Origin: Candidatus Multivoradales bacterium | GTDB lineage: Bacteria; Acidobacteriota; Thermoanaerobaculia; Multivoradales; J023 | Direction: 5' to 3' | NCBI GenBank assembly: GCA_965248925.1 | Contig: CBDFLE010000006.1 | Location: forward strand, 3,680,001 to 3,744,000 | Length of the DNA stretch: 64,000 bases | Shown here: one piece after another, positions 30,584 through 39,774 of the stretch | How the letters are laid out: every line of letters begins with the position of its first letter | Numbering within the stretch: the stretch's first letter is position 1 | The notes under the pieces: model-generated | What the model saw: only the letters and a program-made list of their open reading frames with translations | Databases searched by the model: none | What the model was told of the DNA's origin: nothing | Made by a program: the position numbers and the translations under genes

Positions 30584-31381
30584 ATGCCACTGACCCCTTC
30601 CTGGCACCTCACCCCTTTTCTTTGGCTGAATCTTGGCCTGCATCTGGCGGCCGCTGTCGCGGCTGTGGTCAAGCCGTCTCTTTGGCCCTGGCTGCTGCCC
30701 GGAGTGGTGCTTGCTCATGGAACGATCTTGCTGGCCGCGGTAAGTCCGCGTTGTAGTCTTCTCGGCCCCAATTTGATGCGTTTGCCGGCAGACCAGGCAG
30801 CGGGTGTGGTGGCCTTGACCTTCGACGACGGGCCGGATCCGGAAGTCACCCTGGAGGTGCTTGAGATGCTCGATCGGCATGGCGCGCGGGCCAGCTTCTT
30901 CCTCATTGGCGAGCGCGCTGAGCGCTATCCCCAGGTGGCTGCCGAAATCGTCCGCCGCGGCCATCGGGTAGAGAATCACACCCAACACCACTCCTATGCC
31001 TTTGCTTTTCTCGGCCGCCGACGGTTGGGAGCTGAGATCGATGACGCGCAGCACTCCTTGCGCCGTCTTTGTGGCCGCGCTCCCGAGTATCTGCGCGCCC
31101 CAGCCGGCGTCCGTAGTCCGTTGCTGGAGTCTGTGCTCGCGCGCCGCGGCTTGCGGTTGGCGAGCTGGACCCGGCGCGCTTTCGATACGGTTGAGAAGGA
31201 CCCGCGAAGGGTGGTTCGACGCCTGCTAAGAGGCCTGCGAGAAGGTGATGTGCTGTTGTTGCACGACGGCTCCGCAGCGCGCGATGCGACCGGTCGCGCG
31301 GTGGTTCTCAGCGCCTTGCCAAAAATCCTCGACGAGCTGGCCCGGCGCGGCTGGCAAGCGGTTGCGTTACCGAGTCGCTAG
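30584..31381 (+). CDS. polysaccharide deacetylase (CE4)
   Basis: LTFDDGP, ENHTQHH, RAPAG, LLLHDG; N-terminal TM helices. Confidence 0.92.
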   Translation: MPLTPSWHLTPFLWLNLGLHLAAAVAAVVKPSLWPWLLPGVVLAHGTILLAAVSPRCSLLGPNLMRLPADQAAGVVALTFDDGPDPEVTLEVLEMLDRHGARASFFLIGERAERYPQVAAEIVRRGHRVENHTQHHSYAFAFLGRRRLGAEIDDAQHSLRRLCGRAPEYLRAPAGVRSPLLESVLARRGLRLASWTRRAFDTVEKDPRRVVRRLLRGLREGDVLLLHDGSAARDATGRAVVLSALPKILDELARRGWQAVALPSR

Positions 31382-31405
31382 CACTGCTACGATCCCCCCC
31401 CTCTT

Positions 31406-32101
31406 ATGCCGACCATGCCGAGTCTCAAGACCAATCCGCGGCTCGCGGATGCCAGCATTCTGCGCGCGCAGAGGTGGCTCGGGGTACTTTGCCATCTGAC
31501 CCTGTTCCTGCCCTATGTGCGGCGAGTCGAAGGTGCCGAAGCCCTGCGTGCCCCAGGCCGGCGATTGTTCGCGGCCAATCACGTCAGCTTGCTCGACACT
31601 CCGCTACTGGGAGCGGTGCTGCGTCAGGTGGGTCGATCGCCGATTCTGGTTCTCGGTGACCGCGGTGTTTGGCGGCGCAGCTGGCTGCGCCGCTTGTTGA
31701 GCGCCAAGGTGGGTTTTCTGATCGACCGAGAAGGGTCGGCTAGAGTGCGGCTGCGCGAAATGAGCGCTTACGGTCGCTCAGTCGGCGACTTCGATTTGAT
31801 TATTTTCCCCGAAGGGACCCGCGGCGACGGTCGCAGTGTGCAGCCCTGCCAACCGGGCATCTACTATGCCGCCAAAGCTGCCCAGGTACCGATTGTGCCG
31901 GTCTTCATTGACGGTATGGCTAAGTTATCGAGCAAGCAAGGCGGCCTACACCCGTGGCGAGCCTGGCGCAGTATCGACGTTTACTTCGGTCGCGGGATCA
32001 CCCCGGAGGAGTACCTCAAACTCGATCGCAATCAGTTAGCCGCCAGGGTCCGGCAGCGAATCCTGGAGTTGATGCCCGCGTCGGGTGAGCCGGCTTCGTG
32101 A
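31406..32101 (+). CDS. PlsC-family acyltransferase
   Basis: ANHVSLLD, FLIDR, IFPEGTR. Confidence 0.9.
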   Translation: MPTMPSLKTNPRLADASILRAQRWLGVLCHLTLFLPYVRRVEGAEALRAPGRRLFAANHVSLLDTPLLGAVLRQVGRSPILVLGDRGVWRRSWLRRLLSAKVGFLIDREGSARVRLREMSAYGRSVGDFDLIIFPEGTRGDGRSVQPCQPGIYYAAKAAQVPIVPVFIDGMAKLSSKQGGLHPWRAWRSIDVYFGRGITPEEYLKLDRNQLAARVRQRILELMPASGEPAS

Positions 32102-32360
32102 TCGGCTAGTGCCGCGGTTCGCGCAGCAGGTGATCGTGCGCTGGAATCTCGGGCTTGGCGGCGGCGAGCCGCGGGAGGACGAGAGCTGCCGGCTCCACCG
32201 GTCGTAGAGCTGGTAGCAGCCGTCGCAGTCGTTCATTTGGTGGCAAGCCAAGTCCCCCCACGAAGAAGCACTACGCGTCGGTCAGGGCCAGAGGTCCTGC
32301 GCCTCGGCGACCATTCAGTCAGTTGGACGTCGAGTGGGTAGCGGCGCTATGCTTGCCGCG

Positions 32361-33953
32361 ATGAAGGAAGCTCAGCATCCCGACTACGACGTGGTGATCA
32401 TCGGCGCCGCCTTTGCCGGCGCCACCCTGGCGACCTTGCTGCGCCGGTGGCGGCCTGAGACACGGGTGCTGCTGGTCGAGCGTGGTACCGCCTTCAAGCG
32501 CAAAGTGGGCGAGGCGACGGTCGAGGTTTCGGGATTCTTTCTACACAAGATACTAGGGCTCTATGACCCGCTGTCGCGGGGCCATTTGCCCAAGCATGGA
32601 CTGCGTTATTGGTTCGCCGATCGCCAGGGGCGGTCCCTGCCGGAGATGAGCGAGATCGGACCTCGCGACCTGCCGCCTCTGCCGGCCTTTCAGCTCGATC
32701 GTCGGCAGGTCGATCAGATGTTGTTGGACACCGCGGTTGCGGAAGGTTGCGAGTTACTGCGCCCGGCGAAGGTTTTGGAGGTTGAACTCGGCTGGCCACA
32801 AAGCCAGCTGACAGTCGAGGATGCCGTGGGTCGACGGCAGCTGAGTGCGCGCTGGGTGGTCGATGCTTCGGGCCGCTCGGCTTTCCTGTCGCGTCAGCTG
32901 GGACTCTACGAGCGCTTCGACGAGCACCCCACGGCGGCTCTCTGGGGGCGCTGGCGGGGAGTGGCCGACCTCGACGGACCGGCGGTTCTTGGGCACGATC
33001 TAGGCCGGCCTCAGCTGCCCGATATTGGGGCATCCCGGCGCCTCGCCACCAATCACTTCATGGGCTACGGGTGGTGGTGCTGGGTGATTCCGTTGGCTTG
33101 CGGCGAGACCAGCATCGGCCTAGTCTACAACAAGGAGCTTTTCGAGCCGCCGGGTGATGGCGGTAAACAGCAGCGCTATGAGAGCTTTCTGAAGTCCCAT
33201 CCGGGGCTGGCGCAGTTGCTCGCTGAAGCAGAATTGGTCGAGGGTGACTTCAGTGCCTACCACCGTTTGCCCTATCGGTCGCGAAGATACATGGATCGCG
33301 GTTGGGCGTTGGTGGGAGATGCTGGGGCGTTCATCGATCCTTACTACAGTCCGGGGCTCGATCACCTGGCGGTGTCGGTCTACGCCACCGCCAAATTGCT
33401 CACTAGCGAACTGGGGGGTGAGCTGGTTGCTAGCGGCGAACTCGAGGGTCGGATCGAACATCACAACGGCAAGTTCGAGCGCTCCTTCCGTCGGTGGTAC
33501 GAAGCTCTCTACGAAGGCAAATACGAGTTGATGGGCGATGCTGAACTCACCGCCTGCGCCTTCTTGGTAGATACCGCGCTCTACTATCTAGGCATTGTCA
33601 ACCAGGTGCACGGCGACCTTGGCGAGTTGGAAAACCCGGCCTTTGGCGCGCCAGGGCCAGCGACGGCGGCGGCGCATCGTTCGCTGCGTTTCTTCAATCG
33701 CCGGCTCAATCGACTGGCGCGCTTTCGGCGTCGGGTGGGGATCTACGGTCGGCGCAATGCCGGCTGGCGCTGCTTGACCAAATCGCCTGGCTTGGGCGTC
33801 GCCTCGGTGCCGATGCTGCGCCAAGGGCTGAGTCTTTGGCTGCGTTTGGAACTCGGCTACTTTGGTTACCGGCTGCTGCATTGGCGCCGCTTGGAACTCT
33901 CCGAACCAGTGCCGAGCCGGCCCCTGAGCGGCCAGGTCAATTCACCTGCTTGA
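32361..33953 (+). CDS. flavin-dependent halogenase-family protein
   Basis: IIGAAFAG, RKVGEAT, PKHGLR, WCWVIP, GDAGAFIDPYYSPG. Confidence 0.85.
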   Translation: MKEAQHPDYDVVIIGAAFAGATLATLLRRWRPETRVLLVERGTAFKRKVGEATVEVSGFFLHKILGLYDPLSRGHLPKHGLRYWFADRQGRSLPEMSEIGPRDLPPLPAFQLDRRQVDQMLLDTAVAEGCELLRPAKVLEVELGWPQSQLTVEDAVGRRQLSARWVVDASGRSAFLSRQLGLYERFDEHPTAALWGRWRGVADLDGPAVLGHDLGRPQLPDIGASRRLATNHFMGYGWWCWVIPLACGETSIGLVYNKELFEPPGDGGKQQRYESFLKSHPGLAQLLAEAELVEGDFSAYHRLPYRSRRYMDRGWALVGDAGAFIDPYYSPGLDHLAVSVYATAKLLTSELGGELVASGELEGRIEHHNGKFERSFRRWYEALYEGKYELMGDAELTACAFLVDTALYYLGIVNQVHGDLGELENPAFGAPGPATAAAHRSLRFFNRRLNRLARFRRRVGIYGRRNAGWRCLTKSPGLGVASVPMLRQGLSLWLRLELGYFGYRLLHWRRLELSEPVPSRPLSGQVNSPA

Positions 33954-34072
33954 GCCACCTCAGTCTTCATATGGTGCCTGGCACCTCTGTAGCAGCCAGG
34001 TCAATTCACCCGCTTGAGCCACCTCAGTCTTCATAAGGTGCCTGGCACCTCTGTAGCAGCACCTCTGTAGCA
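33931..34072. repeat. 64-bp tandem duplication plus 14-bp partial copy, containing the palindrome GGTGCCTGGCACC
   Basis: Units 33931-33994 and 33995-34058 differ at 2 positions; GCACCTCTGTAGCA repeats again at 34059-34072. Confidence 0.9.
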
Positions 34073-34133
34073 GGGCTGAACGGCTTTGGACCTCTAGCCG
34101 ATGAAGGCAGAGGCCCCAGCTGCTGGTCAGGTC

Positions 34134-36218
34134 TCAGTGTTCTTCCTTGGCCCGTTGTGCTTCAGCGATGATCTTCTGCTGAATCTGCTTCGGCACTTCG
34201 TCGTAGTGTGAGAATTCCATGGTGAAGCGTGAACGCCCCTGGGTGATTGAGCGCAGCGCCTGTGAGTAGTCGAGCATCTCGGCCATGGGTATGGTGGCCT
34301 TGATAATCTGCTTGGCACCTTCGGTATCCATGCCCAGAGGGCGCCCACGACGTTGGGAGAGGTCGCCCATAATGTCACCCATGAACTCGTCAGTAGTGCG
34401 GATTTCGACCGACATGATTGGCTCGAGCAGGGTCGGCATGGCTCTCGACATCGCGTCCTTGAAGGCTAGGGAGCCCGCCACCTTGAAGGCCATCTCTGAG
34501 GAATCGACATCGTGGTACTGGCCGTCTAGCAAGCTAACCTTGAATCCCGCCACCGGGAAGCCGGCCAGGTAGCCGCGGGCGCGGGCTTCGTGAATGCCCT
34601 TCTCGACCGCCGGGCGGAAACTCTGCGGGATCGAGCCGCCAAAAATCTCGTCGGCCCATTCGAATTCTTCGCCGTTGGTCAGCGGTTCCATTTTGATCTT
34701 GCAATCACCGAACTGGCCACGGCCGCCGCTCTGCTTCTTATGCCGGCCATGGCCATCAGCGGCACGCTTGATGGTCTCGCGGTAGGGCACCTTCGGCGGG
34801 TGCAAGATGACCTCAACTTTGTAGCGACTGGCTAGCTTGGCGACGGCAATCTCAACGTGCAGCTGACCACTGCCGGAGAGCAAGACCTCGCCGGTGCGGG
34901 CGTCACGACTGGTGGTCAGGCCGAGGTCTTCGTCCATCAGTCGATGTAGAGCATCGCTAATCTTTTCCTCGTCGCCCTTGCTCTTGGGCTCGATGGCGTA
35001 GGACACGGCGGCTGGCCGAATTTCGATCCAGCCCAGCTTGACCGGTTTGTCCTTGCCGCACAGGGTGTCGCCGCTGGCGCTGTGCTTGAGCTTGGCGATG
35101 GCGCCGATGTCGCCAGCGATCAGCTTGGCGGTGGGGGTACCCACCTTGCCCTGAAGATCTTGTAGTTGGCCTATCTTCTCAGTCTCTTCGGCCCGGCTGT
35201 TGTAGACCACAGAATCAGAGGTTAACTCGCCGCTGATCACTCGCAGCAAAGTGATCTTGCCGGAGAAGGGATCGTTGATGGTCTTGAAAACCAAGGCGGC
35301 GGTAGGGCTATCAGCAGCCGTGCTCTGCTCGATCTCGTCGCCGCCGACGTTGGTAGCCGGGTAGGTGCCCCGGTCGGTGGGGGAGGGCAGATAGGCGAGC
35401 ACGGTGTCTAGTAGGGCGGAACTGCCGATGCCGTGCAGCGCGGCGCCGAGGGTCAGGGGGAAAATGCGGCGCTTCAAGATCGCCTTGCGTAGCCCGGCGG
35501 TGAGCTGTTCTTGGGTCAGCTTGCCAGCCTCGAAATAAGCGTCGAGGAGGGCTTCGTCGGTCTCCGCGATCGCTTCCATGAGCTGGTTGCGGGCTTCTTC
35601 GACAGCCTCGGTGAGGTCGCTGGGGATGGCTTCTTCAGCTCCTTTACCGTCGCCGTCCGTGGCGAAGCGATAGGCTTTCTGGGTCACCAGATCGACAACA
35701 CCGGCGAAGTTCTCTTCCTTGCCGATCGGAATCTGCAGCGGCACGATGGCTCGGTCGAGGTTGCTGCGGAGGTTTTCCAGCGTCTTGCTGAAGTCGGCGT
35801 TCTCGCGGTCCATTTTGTTGAGGTGAAGGGCGGTCGGCTGGTTGATCTGGGCCGAGAAGTTCCAGATCCGTTCGGTCATCACTTCGACGCCGCCGACCGC
35901 GTTGATCAGCAGCAGGGTAGTGTCGGCGGCGCGGATTCCAGCGCGAATCTCGACCCCGAAGATGCCGGAGCCGGGAGTGTCGATCAGATTGACCTTGTGC
36001 TTCTGCCAGGGCGCGAAGCAGGTGCTGAGACTGATCGACATGCCGCGCTCGATTTCTTCGCTGTCGAAATCGGTGGTGGTGCTGCCATCTTCGACTCGGT
36101 TCAGCCGATTGGCCACCCCAGAAGTGTAGAGCAACGCGCTGGCGAGAGTGGTTTTGCCCGTATCGCCGTGTCCAGCGAGAGCCAAGTTGCGAATCTGTCC
36201 CGGACTATCGACCTGCAT
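34134..36218 (-). CDS. fusA: elongation factor G paralogue (EF-G2 type)
   Basis: GHGDTGKTT, RGMSI, DTPG, NKMD, HKKQSGGRGQFG, YHDVDSSEMAF; not in an str operon context. Confidence 0.93.
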   Translation of the reverse strand: MQVDSPGQIRNLALAGHGDTGKTTLASALLYTSGVANRLNRVEDGSTTTDFDSEEIERGMSISLSTCFAPWQKHKVNLIDTPGSGIFGVEIRAGIRAADTTLLLINAVGGVEVMTERIWNFSAQINQPTALHLNKMDRENADFSKTLENLRSNLDRAIVPLQIPIGKEENFAGVVDLVTQKAYRFATDGDGKGAEEAIPSDLTEAVEEARNQLMEAIAETDEALLDAYFEAGKLTQEQLTAGLRKAILKRRIFPLTLGAALHGIGSSALLDTVLAYLPSPTDRGTYPATNVGGDEIEQSTAADSPTAALVFKTINDPFSGKITLLRVISGELTSDSVVYNSRAEETEKIGQLQDLQGKVGTPTAKLIAGDIGAIAKLKHSASGDTLCGKDKPVKLGWIEIRPAAVSYAIEPKSKGDEEKISDALHRLMDEDLGLTTSRDARTGEVLLSGSGQLHVEIAVAKLASRYKVEVILHPPKVPYRETIKRAADGHGRHKKQSGGRGQFGDCKIKMEPLTNGEEFEWADEIFGGSIPQSFRPAVEKGIHEARARGYLAGFPVAGFKVSLLDGQYHDVDSSEMAFKVAGSLAFKDAMSRAMPTLLEPIMSVEIRTTDEFMGDIMGDLSQRRGRPLGMDTEGAKQIIKATIPMAEMLDYSQALRSITQGRSRFTMEFSHYDEVPKQIQQKIIAEAQRAKEEH

Positions 36219-36441
36219 TTGAACTCCTCGAGAGTTTTAAAGACTGGATAGAGGGAGGGAGAATATAACACCGAAGACCCCTTGTGGGCAGATGCCCTGT
36301 GCTAGCTATCTACGAGCCCGGTCCGCGGTCCTTTCGACGCCGCGCGAGGAGCTGTCGGCGATAGTTTTTAGGGTGGTTTGACTCGCCCTCGGCAAGGCCC
36401 TAGAATCACATCCCCTTCCCCCAACTACCTCATCGACAAAT

Positions 36442-38421
36442 ATGACCCCCGAAAAGCTAGGCCGCTACGAGATTCTAGGCGAGCTTGGCAAAGGTGCCAT
36501 GGGGGTGGTGTTCTTGGCCCGCGACCCGATCATCGGGCGCGAGGTGGCGCTCAAGACCTTCCACATTGGCTTTTCGGCCAAAGACAAGGAATTGGACCAG
36601 TTCCGGGCTCGCTTCCTGCGCGAGGCGCAGAGTGCTGGCATTCTGAACCACCCCAATATCGTCACCATTCACGATGTGGTGGAGGACGAGCGCGGCGCGT
36701 TCTTCATCGCCATGGAGTACGTCAAGGGTACCGACCTCAAGCAGCTCATCCAGCGTCGTACCCGCTTGGACCTGCGCTTCGTCGTCGAGTTGGTGGCCCA
36801 GGTGGCCGACGGGCTTGCCTATGCCCACCAAAAAGGCGTCGTCCACCGCGACATCAAGCCAGCAAACGTCATCATCACGGCCGACAAGCAAGCCAAGATC
36901 ACCGATTTTGGCATCGCGCGGATGGAGACCTCCAATCTCACCATGGAAGGGCAGCTCCTGGGTACGCCGAACTACATGGCGCCAGAGCAGATTCGCGGCA
37001 AGGAAGTCGATCACCGGGCGGACTTGTTCTCTCTCGGGGTGATGCTCTATGAGCTACTGACTGGGCGCAAGCCGTTTCACGGTGAGAATCTCACGGTGGT
37101 TACCCACCGCATTGTCTACGATGCCTTCACCCCGCCGGCGGAGCTGGTCCCGAACCTGCCGCCAGGGTTGCAGGAGGTGCTGGAGAAGGCACTGCAGAAA
37201 GCACCCGGAGAACGCTACCAACGGGGCGCGGACTTGGCTCGCGAGCTACGAGCGGCGCTTGAGCCAGTGCGGGCGGTGCGGCCGGCGGGAGCCTCCGGCG
37301 GATCGTTTCTTACCGACACCTCGACAGGGCGGTCGGTGTTGCCCGCGGCAGCTAGCGAAGAGGGCGCCCCGGCCGCGGCAGCGCCCAACGGCCAGGCTAC
37401 CGGGGCTACTTTTGCGGCACCCCCGCCAGCTGCCGTTGGCCCCTCTCCTCCGCCTCCGCCGTCTGTCACAGCCACCCCTCCGGCCGGTTGGGGTGAGCGG
37501 CTCGGCAAGCCTCCGCTTTGGCGCCTCGTGACCGTGGCGCTGCTAGCTCTGGCTCTTCCTCTGCTGCTCGGCCGCTTGGCGTTTGGCCGCTTTGATCAAG
37601 AGACCACCGTTGAGCAACCTCGGCTGGGCTACGAAGAACAACTACGTTACTTGCCGGACTTGAAGCGCGGGCAGGCACTGCTGGCTGAAGATCGTCCCGG
37701 TGAGGCTCTGGAAGCGATCGAGCGGGCCCTCGCCATCGCTCCGGCCGATCGTCATCTGCAGCAGCTTCGTGGGCGTGCCGAGCGTGAACTTCTAGACCTC
37801 GAAGGAAGCGACTACGAACTGGCGCTGATCAGCAGGCGGTTGGCCGCCGCGGAGGCCGCGCTCAATGCCCGGCGCTATCGCGAGGCCTCTTTACTGGCTA
37901 CCGAGATTCTGGAAATCGATCCTGATCATCAGCCGGCGAAAGCTCTGCAGAGCCAGGCCAACGACGGGTTGGAGCGCCGCCGACGAGCGCAGGTTCGGCT
38001 CAGTGGAGGCAGGGATCGGCTGGCGACCGAGGGGGCAGGCACGGCGCAGCGGGTACAGCCGTCGCCCGCCGTCACCGCGTCGTCAGTGGTTGGCACCGCG
38101 CAAGTCGAGGTGCGCTTCCACAGCGACATCTCGGAGGGAATCCTGACGATCTACGCTGGCAAGCGGACCGTGCTCAAGAATCAGTTTCGCTATGTCGAGA
38201 AGCGGGGCCTTTTACGCAACCGCAAGACTTCCGGCGGCTTCAGCGAGACCCTGACACTGCAGTCCGGGCCATTCAAGCTCAACGTCTACGCTTGGCGTAA
38301 GGTGGGCAAAGAGACCTCCACCGAGGTGACCGAGGTCCGCGGCGAACTCGCCGAGGGGGCCTCCGCGGTGCTGAATCTGAAGTTGACTAAAGCTGGCGAT
38401 CTCGAAGCCCGCTTGGATTAG
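36442..38421 (+). CDS. membrane Ser/Thr protein kinase with Pro/Ala linker and TPR-like extracytoplasmic part
   Basis: GKGAMG, VHRDIKPAN, ITDFG, GTPNYMAPEQ; TM helix after linker. Confidence 0.93.
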   Translation: MTPEKLGRYEILGELGKGAMGVVFLARDPIIGREVALKTFHIGFSAKDKELDQFRARFLREAQSAGILNHPNIVTIHDVVEDERGAFFIAMEYVKGTDLKQLIQRRTRLDLRFVVELVAQVADGLAYAHQKGVVHRDIKPANVIITADKQAKITDFGIARMETSNLTMEGQLLGTPNYMAPEQIRGKEVDHRADLFSLGVMLYELLTGRKPFHGENLTVVTHRIVYDAFTPPAELVPNLPPGLQEVLEKALQKAPGERYQRGADLARELRAALEPVRAVRPAGASGGSFLTDTSTGRSVLPAAASEEGAPAAAAPNGQATGATFAAPPPAAVGPSPPPPPSVTATPPAGWGERLGKPPLWRLVTVALLALALPLLLGRLAFGRFDQETTVEQPRLGYEEQLRYLPDLKRGQALLAEDRPGEALEAIERALAIAPADRHLQQLRGRAERELLDLEGSDYELALISRRLAAAEAALNARRYREASLLATEILEIDPDHQPAKALQSQANDGLERRRRAQVRLSGGRDRLATEGAGTAQRVQPSPAVTASSVVGTAQVEVRFHSDISEGILTIYAGKRTVLKNQFRYVEKRGLLRNRKTSGGFSETLTLQSGPFKLNVYAWRKVGKETSTEVTEVRGELAEGASAVLNLKLTKAGDLEARLD

Positions 38422-38424
38422 TCG

Positions 38425-39774
38425 TCACGGATGCCAAACTTCTACCGCGCCGAAGCGCTCGAGTTGCGGCTGCAATTCCGTCGCCGGGCCGACGGCGACC
38501 ACCGTCATGGTCGCGGGATCGAGAAAGTCACGGGCTGCGGCTAACACCTCTTCGCGGCTGATTCCGAGCAGCGCCTGAGGATAGTCGCGGTAGTAAGTGT
38601 CAGGAAGTTCATAGAGCACCAGATCTTCTAGCCTCTTGGCTAGATCGCCGAGGTTCTGCAGCGTGTAGGGCAGCACCCCGGCAAGGTAGTCGCGAGTCTC
38701 GTCGAGTTCTTCCTGCGTGACTTTTTCGCTGCGAATACGCTCGACCTCGCCGAGAAGCTCGCCGATCGCGGCGCCGGCAGACTCACTGGCCACCGAGGTG
38801 CGCATGACAAAGGGTCCCGGACCGCGGCGCAGGGCGAAACCGCTCTGGGCGCTGTAGGTAAAGCCGTGTTTCTCGCGCAGGTTGAGGTTGATCCGGCTGG
38901 TGAACTTGCCGCCCAGGATGGTGTTCATCACCCGCCGAGGGATGTAGCCCGGATGCTGGCGCGGCACCCCGACTTGGCCGATTTGCAGCTGCGTCTGGGA
39001 GGCTCCCGGCAGGTCCACCAGATGCACTGTACGCCGCGCGGCGGGCGGCTCGATCGCCGGGGGTTCGGCGAACGGCGCTCCCGACCAGTCGCCGAAGGCC
39101 TGCTCGGCCCACCGCAGCAGGGTCGCCGGATCGAGATCGCCGATCGCTAGCAAGGTGGAGCCTGCGGCGCCGATATGGCGACGGTAGAAGGCGCTGACGT
39201 CGTCGCACCCGATCTTCTTCAGACCCTCGGTGGTGCCGAAAAGGGGGTGATCGTAGACCGATCCTGCGTACAATGCGCGGCAGAAGTAAACCTCCGCCAG
39301 GGAGCGAGGCTGTACCCGTCGGCGTTGCACTTCGGTCAAACGACGTTGCCGGATGCGTTCGACTTCCCGCGGCTCGAAGCGCGGACTGCACAGCACCTCG
39401 GCCACCATCTCCAGGCCCTCCGAGAGGTTCTCTGAGAGCAAGTCCACCGCGGCGAAGGTGAGATGCCAATCGGCGCCGGTCGACAAGCTGCCGCCAAGGC
39501 GTTCGATGCTGTCGGCCAGCTCCATGGCATTGCGTTTTTTCGTGCCTTCGCCGAGCAAAGCTCCGTGCAGGCTGGCCAGGCCCGGCTGATCCGCCGGATC
39601 GAGATTGCCGCCGCCGGGAACCAAGAGTTCGAGGGTCACCAAGGGCACCTTGGCTCGGCGTAGGGCGAGTACTTCGAGTCCGTTGGCTAGGCGGGTGCGC
39701 TCGAAAGAGGGGAAGTCGAAAGTTCCCAGAGCTGCCGCTAGCGGTGCGCGGGTGCGGTCGACGGGGGAGTTCAT
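38425..39774 (-). CDS. M16 peptidase family, non-catalytic subunit
   Basis: TRLANGL, GLASL lacking HxxEH, SRINLNLREKHGFTY. Confidence 0.9.
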   Translation of the reverse strand: MNSPVDRTRAPLAAALGTFDFPSFERTRLANGLEVLALRRAKVPLVTLELLVPGGGNLDPADQPGLASLHGALLGEGTKKRNAMELADSIERLGGSLSTGADWHLTFAAVDLLSENLSEGLEMVAEVLCSPRFEPREVERIRQRRLTEVQRRRVQPRSLAEVYFCRALYAGSVYDHPLFGTTEGLKKIGCDDVSAFYRRHIGAAGSTLLAIGDLDPATLLRWAEQAFGDWSGAPFAEPPAIEPPAARRTVHLVDLPGASQTQLQIGQVGVPRQHPGYIPRRVMNTILGGKFTSRINLNLREKHGFTYSAQSGFALRRGPGPFVMRTSVASESAGAAIGELLGEVERIRSEKVTQEELDETRDYLAGVLPYTLQNLGDLAKRLEDLVLYELPDTYYRDYPQALLGISREEVLAAARDFLDPATMTVVAVGPATELQPQLERFGAVEVWHP

